From Orbicella franksi (lineage: Eukaryota), in NCBI GenBank assembly GCA_964199315.1, contig OZ116709.1, positions 26,288,001-26,352,000 of the forward strand: 64,000 bases of DNA, in the 5' to 3' direction. Below, in pieces: positions 37,401 to 49,800 of the stretch. The translations under genes were made by a program, and so were the position numbers. The stretch's first letter is position 1, and every line of letters starts with the position of its first letter. The notes under the pieces are model-generated. The model saw nothing but the letters and a program-made list of their open reading frames with translations, ran no database searches and was not told the origin of the DNA.

Positions 37401-40400
37401 ACGCAGGTTATAACATGGAATCTATTAATTAAACAGTGCACTTCCTTATTCTTTTAAGCAGAGAAAATTAAAGCGGCTGTATTGAACAAAAGGGACGATT
37501 TGGCCTGAGGAACTAAACTGAACAAATGCATGATAACTTATTGAACTGAATTCACGTAACTCTAATCCTAGATTAACTTAGTTCAGCCCCCTCCGATCAA
37601 CTAATCCTTGGATTATTAGTTTCATGTTGTTCCTTCCTCCACTTTGTATAGATATTAATGAGTGTGATACACAACACCATGGTTGCCACGTAAATGCAGA
37701 GTGCATAAATACCGTGGGCTCAAATAAGTGCTCATGCAAGCCTGGGTACAAGGGAGATGGTGTATCTACATGCGAAGGTAAAACGAAGGCAAAACGGTAC
37801 TGTTAAGATAAAAATAACTCAGTGTAACATGAGGTCCCGACCATCGTAGTGATAAGAATAGTCCTATCAGTGTCCTAAAAAAATTATGAAAAAAAACTAA
37901 AGAATTGAAAAGCGACATATTCTCAGAAACAATACTAAATCTGGGATTTGTAGAACGAAACGACTAGAAGTATCCCTACCCCGCCCCCCCCCCCCCCCCT
38001 CTCTCTCTCTTGCCCGGATTGGATGCTAGCGCATCCAGAGTCCGGCCAGAAAAAAAATTATGACTGAGGTAATACATGTGCATGGTTAAATTCTCCTTCT
38101 GAATATTTAGGGTGTTTATGATGACTGTGAACAACAAAAAACAAAGAAAGTGACTGAGGCAAGTGCTTCCGTGTGCCTGTTACTAGTTATGGCCTGACGT
38201 TAGAAGTATTCCACCCGCATTTATGTCAGGTCAGCCCCAAACTGAATTCACCTATACCAATATATGCTCCTGTAATGTCATGTCAAACATCATCTTTGTA
38301 AGAGTCTTATTATTTGACCTCCTTACTCCAGTTGGTAGCAGCGATCGTTGTCTACCAGCGAATAGAAAAACGACGAGAGCGCAAGTCAGATTCGCGTATT
38401 TCCAACCAATACTGATGAGTGGCTACTAAGTATTTTCTTACGTCTACAAAATGATTCGATTAGTTTATTTCTTTCTCCTTTTGATATAGATGTTGATGAA
38501 TGCCACGCATCAAGACATAATTGTCACGCAAAAGCTTCTTGCGTCAACACCATTGGTTCTTATGATTGCTTCTGCGAACCGCCTTACGAGAGAAGTGGCC
38601 AGATTTGCCAAAGTATGAAACACATTTTCACGTTCATTATGATAATCATTTAGGGGTGACTCTTGCGGCTTTTCAGCTCAGTATCTTACCTTCGCGCAAC
38701 ACAGACCGTCAACGAGAGCCAGCTCACCCCAGCAGCTACGCGACTAGTAATCCTGAGAAGCACTATCTATTGTAACTGAATTTATATCCATTGGTTGAAC
38801 GGCCGGATCCCTGTCAGCTGGTTTTCGTTTAATATGTTCAAGGAGTTTTCCAGAATAAAATAAGTTTTTCAAATTTAAATTCATAGAGAGTAGCAGCTCG
38901 TCCCTAGTCCCACCCAGCCATTGCAGTCCTTTTTGTGGCCAAAGTTTTAACCAGTTTTAATATTTTTAATTTGTATAGTTTAAACGTTCTGGTCCGTTTA
39001 AAAACATGTAAATAAGCAGTTTTAACTTCCGCTTTATTTCCATTTTACACTTATTTGTCCACAATTAGTTTTTATTATAAGGAAATTTTCAAGGTAGAAA
39101 TTTTTAAGGTAGAAACATCAACTCGGAAAAAATTCATCACCTAGACATCATTTGGCTGTGTGACTGCCCGATGCGGTTCCAGTCAAAAGACCCACATTTC
39201 ACCCTTGCTCACCATTGAGTCTCCAGTAGCTCAGTAGTTAGAGCATCCGACTAAATCACGGTGGGTCGTGGGTTCAAATCCCATCTGGAACTCCAAATTT
39301 TTTTCCGAGTTGATGTTTCTACCTTAAAAATTTCTACCTTGACAATTAGTTTTTGTACCGAGCTAAAACCTTGACTCGTAGTGACAATTTTTCATTTCAA
39401 TGTGTGCGTATATGCCGAGCCAACTGTTATTTTTTCAGTGCCGCCTACTTTTCTATCAGAGCCAATGTCAATAATTGTCGAAGAGCAAGAGAACGTGACT
39501 TTCACGTGCTCGGCGGATGGTGATCCACTGCCTACCATCACGTGGTCAAAAGAAAATGGACACCTGCCAGTGAACAGGTCTGTTGAAACTGAGGGGAGCT
39601 TGTTACTGTTAAACGTTTCACTTGAAGATTCTGGGAACTACACGTGTAAGGCCACCAGTGAAGTGGGAAGCGTTTTATCGTCTGCGGAACTATTTGTACA
39701 TTCAGTCCTCAAATTTAAAGAACTACCTCCCTGGGATGTGTATTACGTCTATGTCGGTGACTCACTGACTCTCCCTTGCTCAGCCGAGAGTGACCTGGAA
39801 CCAACAATGGCATGGATTGTACCGTACCGCGAAGGAATTAGTATTTCCCTCAATAACACTCTGTTAATTACCTCCGCTGAACTGTCACACGACGGCTCCT
39901 ACATCTGCGAAGCCCAGAATGACATTATCATATTGCAAGTATACATTTATGTACACGTTCATGCTCTGCCTTCATGTCAAGACATCAAAATACGACAGGA
40001 AGACTCGGCCGGCAGCATGAAGGACGATACCAGTGGATATTACTTCATCGACCCCGATGGTGGAGATATCGGAGAAGCGCCTTTTGAAGTATTTTGCAAC
40101 ATGACCATGGAAAATGGGCGTGGCGTGACGATTATAAGCCATGACAGTGAGAACAGATCACTCGTTGATGGATTTGAACCAGGTGGAAGCTATAAACGAG
40201 ATGTAACTTACACAGGCGCAAACTTATCTCAAATTACAAGTCTTATCAGCATATCAGCTGGCTGCCGTCAATTTATCAAGTATGAGTGCTTCGAATCCAG
40301 CCTGCTGGCTGGTGACACTGGCTGGTGGGTGTCACGTGACGGCTTGACCATGAGGTATTGGGGCGGAGCACCTCCCCACAGCGGAAAATGCGCATGCGGA

Positions 40401-40676
40401 GTAGATCAAACCTGCGTGGGGACTGAAAAGGTTAATTGTAACTGCGATTCAGACATAAGTGAGTGGCTGGAGGACAGCGGCCTTTTGACTGATAAAAGCA
40501 CTCTTCCTGTAAAGCAGCTGAGGTTCGGAGACACTGGGGAAGCAAAAGCGAAAGGCTATCACACGCTGGGGAAGCTAATGTGTTACGGGAGAGTGATGGA
40601 CGTAGACTCGGATGGTACAGGAACCGAGGAATTCAGCCCTGAGAGTTTTACCTTTACTACACCGGAGCTCGCTTAA
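34442..40676 (+). CDS. Secreted modular protein: signal peptide, PAN/apple, EGF, 3x cbEGF, 2x Ig, CNTNAP/neurexin-IV-type fibrinogen-like domain (about 690 aa); exons 34442-34529 (tentative), 35568-35824, 36401-36518, 36931-37053, 37652-37777, 38490-38612, 39439-40676
   Basis: GT-AG exons with matching phases total 2073 nt. DVDEC/DINEC cbEGF starts; [19 protein letters not shown] and DSGNYTC Ig motifs; [67 protein letters not shown]. The first exon lacks an ATG. Confidence 0.82.
39074..39341 (+). mobile_element. tRNA-headed short element with 46-bp inverted arms and 13-bp flanking direct repeat
   Basis: Inverted arms at 39089-39134 and 39296-39342. tRNA-like unit at 39217-39293 with A box TAGCTCAGTAGTTAGAGC and B box GGTTCAAATCC. 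ACAATTAGTTTTT at 39061-39073 and 39342-39354. Confidence 0.7.
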
Positions 40677-40859
40677 TACAGACTTCTCACAGACCGAAAT
40701 ATAAACTGCCGTACATTATATCAACCTGAGCTGGGTTAAACTTAGTACACACTCCTTGGTAGGGAACATTCAGAGAAAGTTTCGAAAAAATCCTTCGACA
40801 ATCCTCCTTCACCTTAACATGGCCTAACCTTTACTAACACAATAATATCAATTCTATGA

Positions 40860-41001
40860 TAGCGCGGTTTTCAATTGAGTGTTGTAGAACCAAAGCCAAA
40901 CCAATTACTTACCAATTAGATTATTCAGCCAATCTCAAACTGTAAAACCAAAACCAAAGTAACTGCCTGATTACTTTCGACACGCAATTGAACACCGCTC
41001 C
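40860..41001. mobile_element. Short MITE
   Basis: Imperfect TIR AGCGCGGTTTTCAATTGAGTG / CACGCAATTGAACACCGCT. Confidence 0.5.
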
Positions 41002-42165
41002 ATCATGACAGCTATATTTTTTTGGACTCTCCATCGACTCCTGTCCACTGTTCAATGATTACATTTTGGTCTAACTTACTCCCCTACTGAACACGCCGCC
41101 ATCACCGCGTAAAGTTGGGCAACCTGCGAGTTTGAATAAGTCTTCAACGCCATGGCCGCGCCTTATGATCACTCTATTAATACAATTTTTTCGGCCAGAA
41201 GATAACGCATACTCTGTAATTTTCTGATTTTAATAATTCTGTTTATGAGGTTAATGGAAACGCCTCTCATACGACCACAAATTTTTTCCCAAAACGGGAT
41301 TCCACTGAAGCTGTACTATTATAGTCTCTTGACTTACCTACAACATTGAGTATGTATTGATGTTATCATTAGAAACTTGATTTTCATCGCTGTTCACTTG
41401 GGCTTTTTGCACGTATTTGCATGCTAAGGAATTTCAGAAATATGGTTCACCAGGCGCATGGATGCTTTTCGGCTGGGTCGGGAACTTAAAGCTCGTCAAT
41501 TTTTCATGTCATCACGGTCATTTTTGACAGTTCGCCCCGTGTAGTCCTATGCTGTCTGATTTGCAACGAGAGAATAAAATGAATGTGTACGTAAAATATT
41601 TATCAATGAGATGAGTGTAATTTCGATATCATGGTAGAAGCATAAGCAGGAATATTAAAATAAATGCAAACTAAATATTATTTTGAACATTATTTAACCC
41701 TTCTCATAAACACATTTCTTTAAAATTTGACATGTAGATAAAATACAAAAACTACATGACAATGCACCTACCAAGTAAAGGAAATAGTGAACGCACGTTT
41801 TGAGAATCTTCTTGATCAGCTTGTCCCCACGATGCACATGTATTTTGATTTACTTGTACAATACAATTTAGCAAAGTCACACGAATAAATGTTGATTTTG
41901 TTGTTTCACAAACTTTTTATTTTATTACAGAGCACATTCAGTGTCACAACGAAAAATAGTCGGGAACTTTGAATGTTTTTTTTTCTTTGCTTCTTGGGCT
42001 GACTGGGTGAACCGAGAGGAACTGAACAGAGCTTGTGATTGGACAATGTGAAGAAATTAGCATACGGCTCGCGTTTTTGAAAGGAACACGCAAAACAAGC
42101 GGCCATGTTTTCCTCTGCATATTAGTCGCTTCGAGCAAATTACAGTTGTTTTTGCGTCCCGATTT

Positions 42166-45100
42166 ATGGCTGTACATAAAAAGGAATGTAAGGTTCGAGT
42201 GCTAGTGCGCTTGCGACCCGAAAGTGCTGACTATAAAGAAAAAGAAGGGAGCCATCAAGATGGAATTCCCGATCGTTGTGTTCGAGCTGTGGATTCTTCA
42301 ACACTGGAATTGTGGAATTGTAGAAATTCTGATGAGTCAATTCGCTACCGGTGAGTGTTAAATATGAGGATAGCCGTAGATCACCTTATGGGAAACTCAA
42401 CAGGATTTCAATTGAATCGCGGCTTTGATACCATGCGGACGATTCGTTAAATAAATTAAAAGCAAACGACGATAAAACAGCCGATAAAACATAACCTCAC
42501 ATTCTTCTGAAAACCAGATATACAGTAGGGTATCCGGTCACTTCGCTCCATGGTTAGATCGCTCCAACGCGTATATAGATTATTCCTCGTTCTTTCATCC
42601 ACTGTACTGCCAAGCCAAGCTCGGTTTGCTGAGGTAGCGAATTCGGCCTGTGTGGCTGGAGCGAACTGACTTGCAGTGATCTAACCATGCAGTGAAATGA
42701 CCGTAATTCGTTGGTAGACTTGGAATTTTAGCTTCTGTGTAACCTTAAATTATAAGTTTTGTAGCGTTCTGACCGGACAGGAGACCTCTAAACTTGCACT
42801 AGAAATGTAATTCGTACTGTCATGTAGTTTTCCTAAAATCGCATCAGTTTTTAAGCTACTCAATTAGCTACACTGGTCAGATGTTTTTCGTTTGAGTTTT
42901 CGTATTTTAATTGTCTGCCCTGTGTTATTCAGATTCAATGGCTTTTTTGATGAAGACAGTACACAAGAGACATTGTACCACAACTCAGTTTGCCCGCTGA
43001 TTCCTTATGTGCTACAAGGCCACAATGCCAGTGTGTTTGCATATGGTCCCACTGGGGCAGGTATGGAGATCTTTCAGTTGTAAACTTCCTTACAAAACTA
43101 TCTGTCCGAAATAGAGAATACACTGTATATTTAAAAAATGCCAAATAAGACAGAGAAGCTTTTCTGTGAGCAGTATCTCCATTAATCCATTAAAAAAAAG
43201 TCTCCATTAATTGTCAAAGAAAAAAATACTAACAGACAGACAGACGGACAGTGAAAATAACCTGCTCCCTAACCCTGGAGCCCAGCCCTTATTGAAATCC
43301 CTGTACCCTCCACATGTGAGAAATTCTTGATCTTTGCAGTCTCACTCAAGGGGGCAGAAAGATGAGAGACCCTGAAAATGAGGTTGCCAAAACTGTAAAT
43401 TAGATAGTACATTTATGAACTGAATCCTTATTTTTCCTTTTACAACAAATGAAGGAAAAACACACACAATGGTTGGATCACCAGAACAACCAGGTTAGTA
43501 GAATGTCCTGGCTTTTTATTAAGTTGATAAATGTGGACAATTTAGTACCTTTATTAACTGCCTACATGTAATAGCAAGGTTGTGAAGCTGATGTGTTGAG
43601 TATTGGTGCTTTATCTGAGCAAAGGGCTAATGCTTGGAATGTCAGCCGTACAAGCACACTTCAGAAATTAATTTAGCTTTTTCTTCAAGTTGATAAAATG
43701 TATTATAGCTAAGTGTTTTGCTTGCTTAACAGTGCAGACCAACAGTTTCTTTGGACATTGAGTCTCTTCTCACATCTTGGCTTTTTGCTCACAGTCTTTT
43801 GAACCTCCCTCCATAGATTTTAATTTGAAGACTGTGCATAGTTCAAGGATCAAGGCATGATTAAATAAATATTTGATCAAATATTAAATGAATTTATAAA
43901 GAAATACTAGATACCCTGCAAGCCGCTCTAAGGTACTTGCATGTGATATATAGGGTTATGACAGTTTAATTACTGATAAAAAAATGTGTCTGCATAATAG
44001 AATCTCCACTTTTGTTTTGTTTTTCTACTAACTTCTGCAGGATTAATACCAAGATGTGCAGCTGAATTGTTCAAACTGATAGATTCACTCTTGGATTCAA
44101 ATTCACAGTGGAAATACAAGGTTTTCTTTTCATACCTGGAGATATACCAGGAAAAGGTGGCTAATATACTATTATATATCGTTATATTATTCCATACACA
44201 GGAACAGGTGACCGTTCTTCACAGTATTTTTCTGAAAATTATTATTAATAAATTTTCACAGAGCTCTCGCGGGATGAGAGTCTCATCTTGGGAGACGAGA
44301 ATCTGGTCTCTCTAAAGGGTGGTAACTTACTTTGGAGCGGTACTGTAATTAGAGGGTAGGTTGACAGAAGGGGATCAGAAAATAAGAGATCTTTATTTTG
44401 GTCCCTCCCCGTCCCTTTAGTAACCCCCTTCATGCTTTCACCTTTGGCACACTTCACTTCACTTTGAAATTGAAGTAAAAAACATTTAGTTTATGAATCA
44501 AGATTTATAATAGGTATTTGTAACTGAAGGACACATTGCCTCTTTTTTTAACCTGACATTGTGAAGTGTATGTACTTACTGATTCTGAAGATCTGATCTT
44601 GGTATCAGATTAAAGACTTGTTGGATCCCAAGAAAGATGATTTACCAATAAGACAAGATCGGAGACAAAATATCATCATACCAAATTTAACAGAGGTAAA
44701 GTTGATAGTCTTACAAGCACTTTAACAACACATTATCACAATTAATTTATCTAATTCTCTTCTAAAGCAAAATGTTTCTTTCGTTGGTAATGTTCCATTT
44801 TTCACACCTTGTGAAATTAATGTCTGATGAAAATTGTCGTTCTTATCTCCCAAAAGATCTCCTCCCCCCGGAGATGATATAATTGCATACATGATTGCAC
44901 AGGTCTACAGTCATGTGCTAGGTATTCTTCAGTGGCCATGAGTCAGCGGCTTCCCACATATCATCTGCATGTATACCAGAACTACTGACAACACATTACA
45001 AGAAGCTGTAGAGAATGCATACCATATCAGCAGGTCACATATGTATTAACCAAAATTAATAAGACATGTCATAAAGTTGAACTTTAGTTCATAGTATAAT

Positions 45101-46831
45101 CATAAATGAATTTTTTTTCAGGATTGGTACCTTAATGATGGCATGTGTAACTTGTTGAACACTGTTCATTCTAGCAGTATGTGGGATGCATGTCATATGT
45201 GAACCCAGTAAATGGCCTATCTCATGGAGAGTCTCTCTGTAGCTCGGCTTTTAGAGCACCTGGCGGGTATATCGGGAGTTATGGGTTTGAATCCCATCAT
45301 GCACTCAGATTGTTTCCTTGCCTTACACTTGTGACATGCTGAAAATTTCACCTTTCTTTCAGATGCCAATAGAAACTCTGGGTGAATTTATGTCCTTATT
45401 TGAAAAGGCCAGTCAGCAGAGGTTTGTATGTTTAATTGCTGCCCATGTATCACTTGGGAATGAAATTGAATGTTTAAAATGATACCTGAGAGGAAGTGAT
45501 GGTTGACAAGCATTTCTCAGCTTATTTGGACTAATAATATTGAACTTCCTTGAAACCAAACAAAGATGTGTACCTGTCAGTGGGTTGGTTTTGATCCTTG
45601 CAGGAGATTCTCGTAGTTTTGATCTATAATTTTAATAAGTGGTTTACTAGGACACATGAAGTAGCTAGCCATCCCAAAGGACCAATAATTTGCTGTCTCA
45701 AGAATGAGGTTTTAAGTTAAATGAATGACAGTTAATAATAAGTTGCTGCTAATTGAACAGAATTTGCTGAAAATTATTTTAGCATTTGTTACATTTTTTT
45801 TCTATTTAGCAAATAATGGAATATAATAATTTAGAGAAGTTGTATTAAATGTGATAATCTTTTAGGACAACTGCAGCTACAAAGCTGAATCCACACTCTA
45901 GTAGAAGCCATTCTATTGTGTTGATGAAGGTACTGTACTGTACATTTTTTTCTTACTAAAAATCAGTCAGTGACAAACCATTTTTGAGGAACTGGTCAGG
46001 ACCTTTTTCTTTCAAGTAGTTTATGCCACTGTAATACTGTAGCAATATTCGTTTGCACGCATTGCGGTCCTGTGGTTTTAGGTAATACGTGTAGTTTTGA
46101 ATTCTCTTCAGGTTCAAAAACAGCAGCCACTAGCACCATTCACAAAACTCAGTGGAAAGTTTTACCTTATTGACCTGGCAGGATCAGAGGACAATAGAAA
46201 AACAGGAAATGAGGGAATAAGGTGCTCTATAATGCAATACTTGATATTTTATGGTTTCTACATGTATGAAAAGGACTGTGGTGACTAAAGTTCTCTTAGT
46301 AGAAGTCATCTTCAGGGTCATGTGATTTTCTTCTTCAAAAAAATCCCAGGCCTACCCTGATGAGTCTGAGGCCTAACACTAAATGAACTATGCTAATACT
46401 CCTGATTTTATCCCATTTTTAAAACTAAAGTTGAATCTGCTCCTTATCCTTGTATCCAGTTTGCGTTACTTTCGTCAATCTCCGTTTCCATTGGCTCACC
46501 AGCTGTTTACAATAGGAAAATCATTGGAGGGAGGGGGGAAAGGGTGGGGTAAATTGCTGGTTTCTGGAAATTCAGTAGTCTGCCCCAAAATGATCTTTGC
46601 TAATTGGTGAAGTTATGAGTGTAAGAGGTCCTAAGCTGGCCGATCTGGAAAGACTTTGTATCACTGACTTTGAGGTGGGCGAGGGGGAAGAAGAGACACC
46701 GAACTTTTTGTGGAGGAATGATATCTTTTGAAAGTGAAGAATGATCATCGCAGTTAATTTTCCAATTTAAGCAGTTGGAAAGACGAAGCCTGAGAAAAAT
46801 CAGGGCTTCAACGGGATTCGAACCCGGTATC

Positions 46832-46865
<34 letters not shown>

Positions 46866-49800
46866 TGATTTTTTTTTTTTTTTCAGGCTTCGTCTTTCCA
46901 ATTGCTTAAATTGGAAAATTAACTGCGATGATCATTCTTCACTTTCATCTACAACCGCAGTTCATATATGAATTATTTCATATAAACTTCACATCATTTC
47001 ACTCCTCACGGGAAGATATGAACTCAATTAATTGACCTCGCTCCCAATGTGTGGCTTCATAGCTCAGTTGGTAGAGCATCGCACCGGTATCGCGGAGGTC
47101 ACGGGTTCGAATCTCGTTGAAGCCCTGATTTTTTTTCAGGCTTCGTCTTTCCAATTGCTTAAATTGGAAAATTAACTGCGATGATCATTCTTCACTTTCA
47201 TCTACAACCGCAGTTCATATATGAATTATTTCATATAAACTTCACATCAATGATATCTTTTGTGACATTAATCGTACTTACAATTATTAAACCTTCTAAT
47301 TTTTAGGTTGAAAGAAAGCGGTGCTATCAATGGTTCGTTGTTTGCTCTCGGGCAAGTCGTGGATGCGTTGAACCAGGGTCTGGTGAGAAGTTACATGTAA
47401 CATAAACGTGGAGAAAAAGGGCGCTTTTTCATTTAGTGTTTTCTGCGAGCTTAATGTTCTCAGCTTCCTGTTCTTTGTGAGGCTGAAATGATAAAATGGG
47501 AACTAAAACTCTTATAATAAACCAAAGGAAATATAAAGCAACACTAGAGTTTAAATCTAATACAAGTCATGTAGCTTGTCTTCAACATGTTGATAGCCTC
47601 TTTTAAACTAATGTATTTTAATACGTTAGTTAATTAAGATTAACTCTCTCAAATGTTTTTTAGTCTAGAATACCTTACAGGAACAGCAAATTAACACGTC
47701 TTCTCCAGGTAAGTTGAAAAATAAAAGTTTTTTCCGGGCTTCTCATGATAGCGCGACACTTAGCTTTCAAATTCGAAAATCTAGCATAAACAGTTTTTTC
47801 ATTTTGTTTTTTTGGCCTAGATCCCACGCTCTCACGACCGCTCCCACACATTTCTTTTCGTTCAGTGCCCTACGGATTCACCTATGATCATTGCTTCAAC
47901 TCCTGTTAGGAGAGCTTAGAACGTTTTATCGCGAGTTGTTCGTGTGACATTTTGTCATTTTTTTTTCTGTCTTTTTTACCTATTTTCAGGACTCCCTCGG
48001 TGGCACAGCTCACGCATGTATGATTGCCAACATTGCGCCCGAACGCAGATTTTACGCAGATACAACCAACACCCTGAACTTTGCTACCAAGTCGAGAACG
48101 ATCATTAATGAGCCATTTGTAAGGCGAACTGTACATGTAGGTTAGTGTCAAGACGTGAAACAGTCTGTTGGCGCTTTTCGAATTAGATTGATATAAACCC
48201 AGTTCTGGTCTTCTCAGAACATTAAATAGTGGGTATTGCAAGCAGAGGTTTTCTTTTCTTTCTTTGTTTTGCCCTTTTGACATATCAGTGTTGTTTCACT
48301 GGAATTCAATGTATCTCCGTTATATGCTTACCTTTGTATCGTTTTACACCGCATTTCATCTCCCGCTCATGAGAAAACTTCGATGGTGACATGTTGATGA
48401 CGTCGCTCAACGTAGATCCGTGTACTGTCTGTGATTGGCTGTTGCTTACGCGCGAAAATTCAAACCGAGCAACGACCAATCACAGCCACGATAGGGATCT
48501 CTGCTGAGCTACGTCATCAGTAAGGAATTTTCTGGTTGAATCTCAGACTTTAAGAGCAGTAAGACTGATTGCTGTTAATTTAGTTTTGTAGTTTACCGAT
48601 TTCAACTCGTGATTTTAATTAATCAATGCCATGATTTGCTACGAAATTTGCAGACAAATCAGTAGCGTTTAAGAGACCCGCTGACGAAGCCTTACTTCAG
48701 AATCAGGTAGATAATAATGACACTTTGCGCATTGATTCAAGAGTGATCAAAGAACTTGGAGAAATTTACGGAACCGTTGTGTGTTTGTATACGAACGGAA
48801 AAAAAAAAACCCGATTGCATGAGCAGAATTGATAGATAAGACAACAACATGAAATTTTAAAGAAGTAGTCACATACATGTATTAGTGGAGAAGGAGGGGA
48901 ATCGGTAATATGTTAAATTTGCGGCCTTTATTTTGAGCGACAGCCTTTCGCTGTGGCTTCTTGAATCAGGCTAATAGGCTATTTCTGTTATTCTTCTAGC
49001 GTAAGCGCCTCAAACTGGATTCGTCAGTTCCTCAAGAGCATCCAAAGGTAAAATAATAGTCTTAATATAAAAGTCTTTATTAAAATGTCAGGGACGGCGT
49101 ACGCGTGACTTAACAATCAATGATAAACTAACCTAAAAACCAGTCATATATATAAGCTATGTCCAGTAAGTCCATTCGAGGCTTACAACTTATCTTGTCA
49201 TTTTGTTGTACTCTTACGAGTCAAACACAAAATGTTCCTTAGTGAGTAATCTCTTCGTCTAGAAAACGTTGCAGCGTTGACTTTTAGAATCTTTGCGAAA
49301 AGTAGAATTCCTTACAAAAATGTATGTTTCTTTTAGGGTGTGTTGCACGAGGCAATTTCTTGTGTAACTTGCATTGCAACAAAGGTTGCAAGAAAATCCG
49401 AATTGTTTAATGTGACAGCATCTGTTATAAAATTACTTGGCTATGCATAAATCAGAGCCGGCAGTTTTTTTCCAAAATAGCCACAATAACACGTGACCAA
49501 GTCGCGATTGCTTTTGGTCTTGCATCTGATTGGTCAATTACCTGGCGCGAGTTTTTCAGACCAATCATATCGTAGCAAAGAAAAACCAATGGTAGTCCTG
49601 ATAAATTTCGCCACTATTTTCCTCCAGGTCGTCTAAAGTCTCTATCAGCACGTAAATCGAATTTGGACGCGATTGAGAGCTGATAAACAAACTCTTATGA
49701 TATACATGTACAACGAAAGAAACATCCATGCGCAACAAAAACATCATCTGCTAATTGTATATGAGCTTTTGAAACTGAATTTTGAAATTTGAATTCTGAA

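Noticed and set aside
41906-42106. Divergent ORF starting in AACATGGCCGC context upstream of KIF22
   Set aside because: The translation is low-complexity, with no donor site or homology cue; it is more likely a promoter motif.
45250-45360. tRNA-like sequence in a KIF22 intron
   Set aside because: A heavily degenerate SINE head; the cloverleaf cannot be formed.
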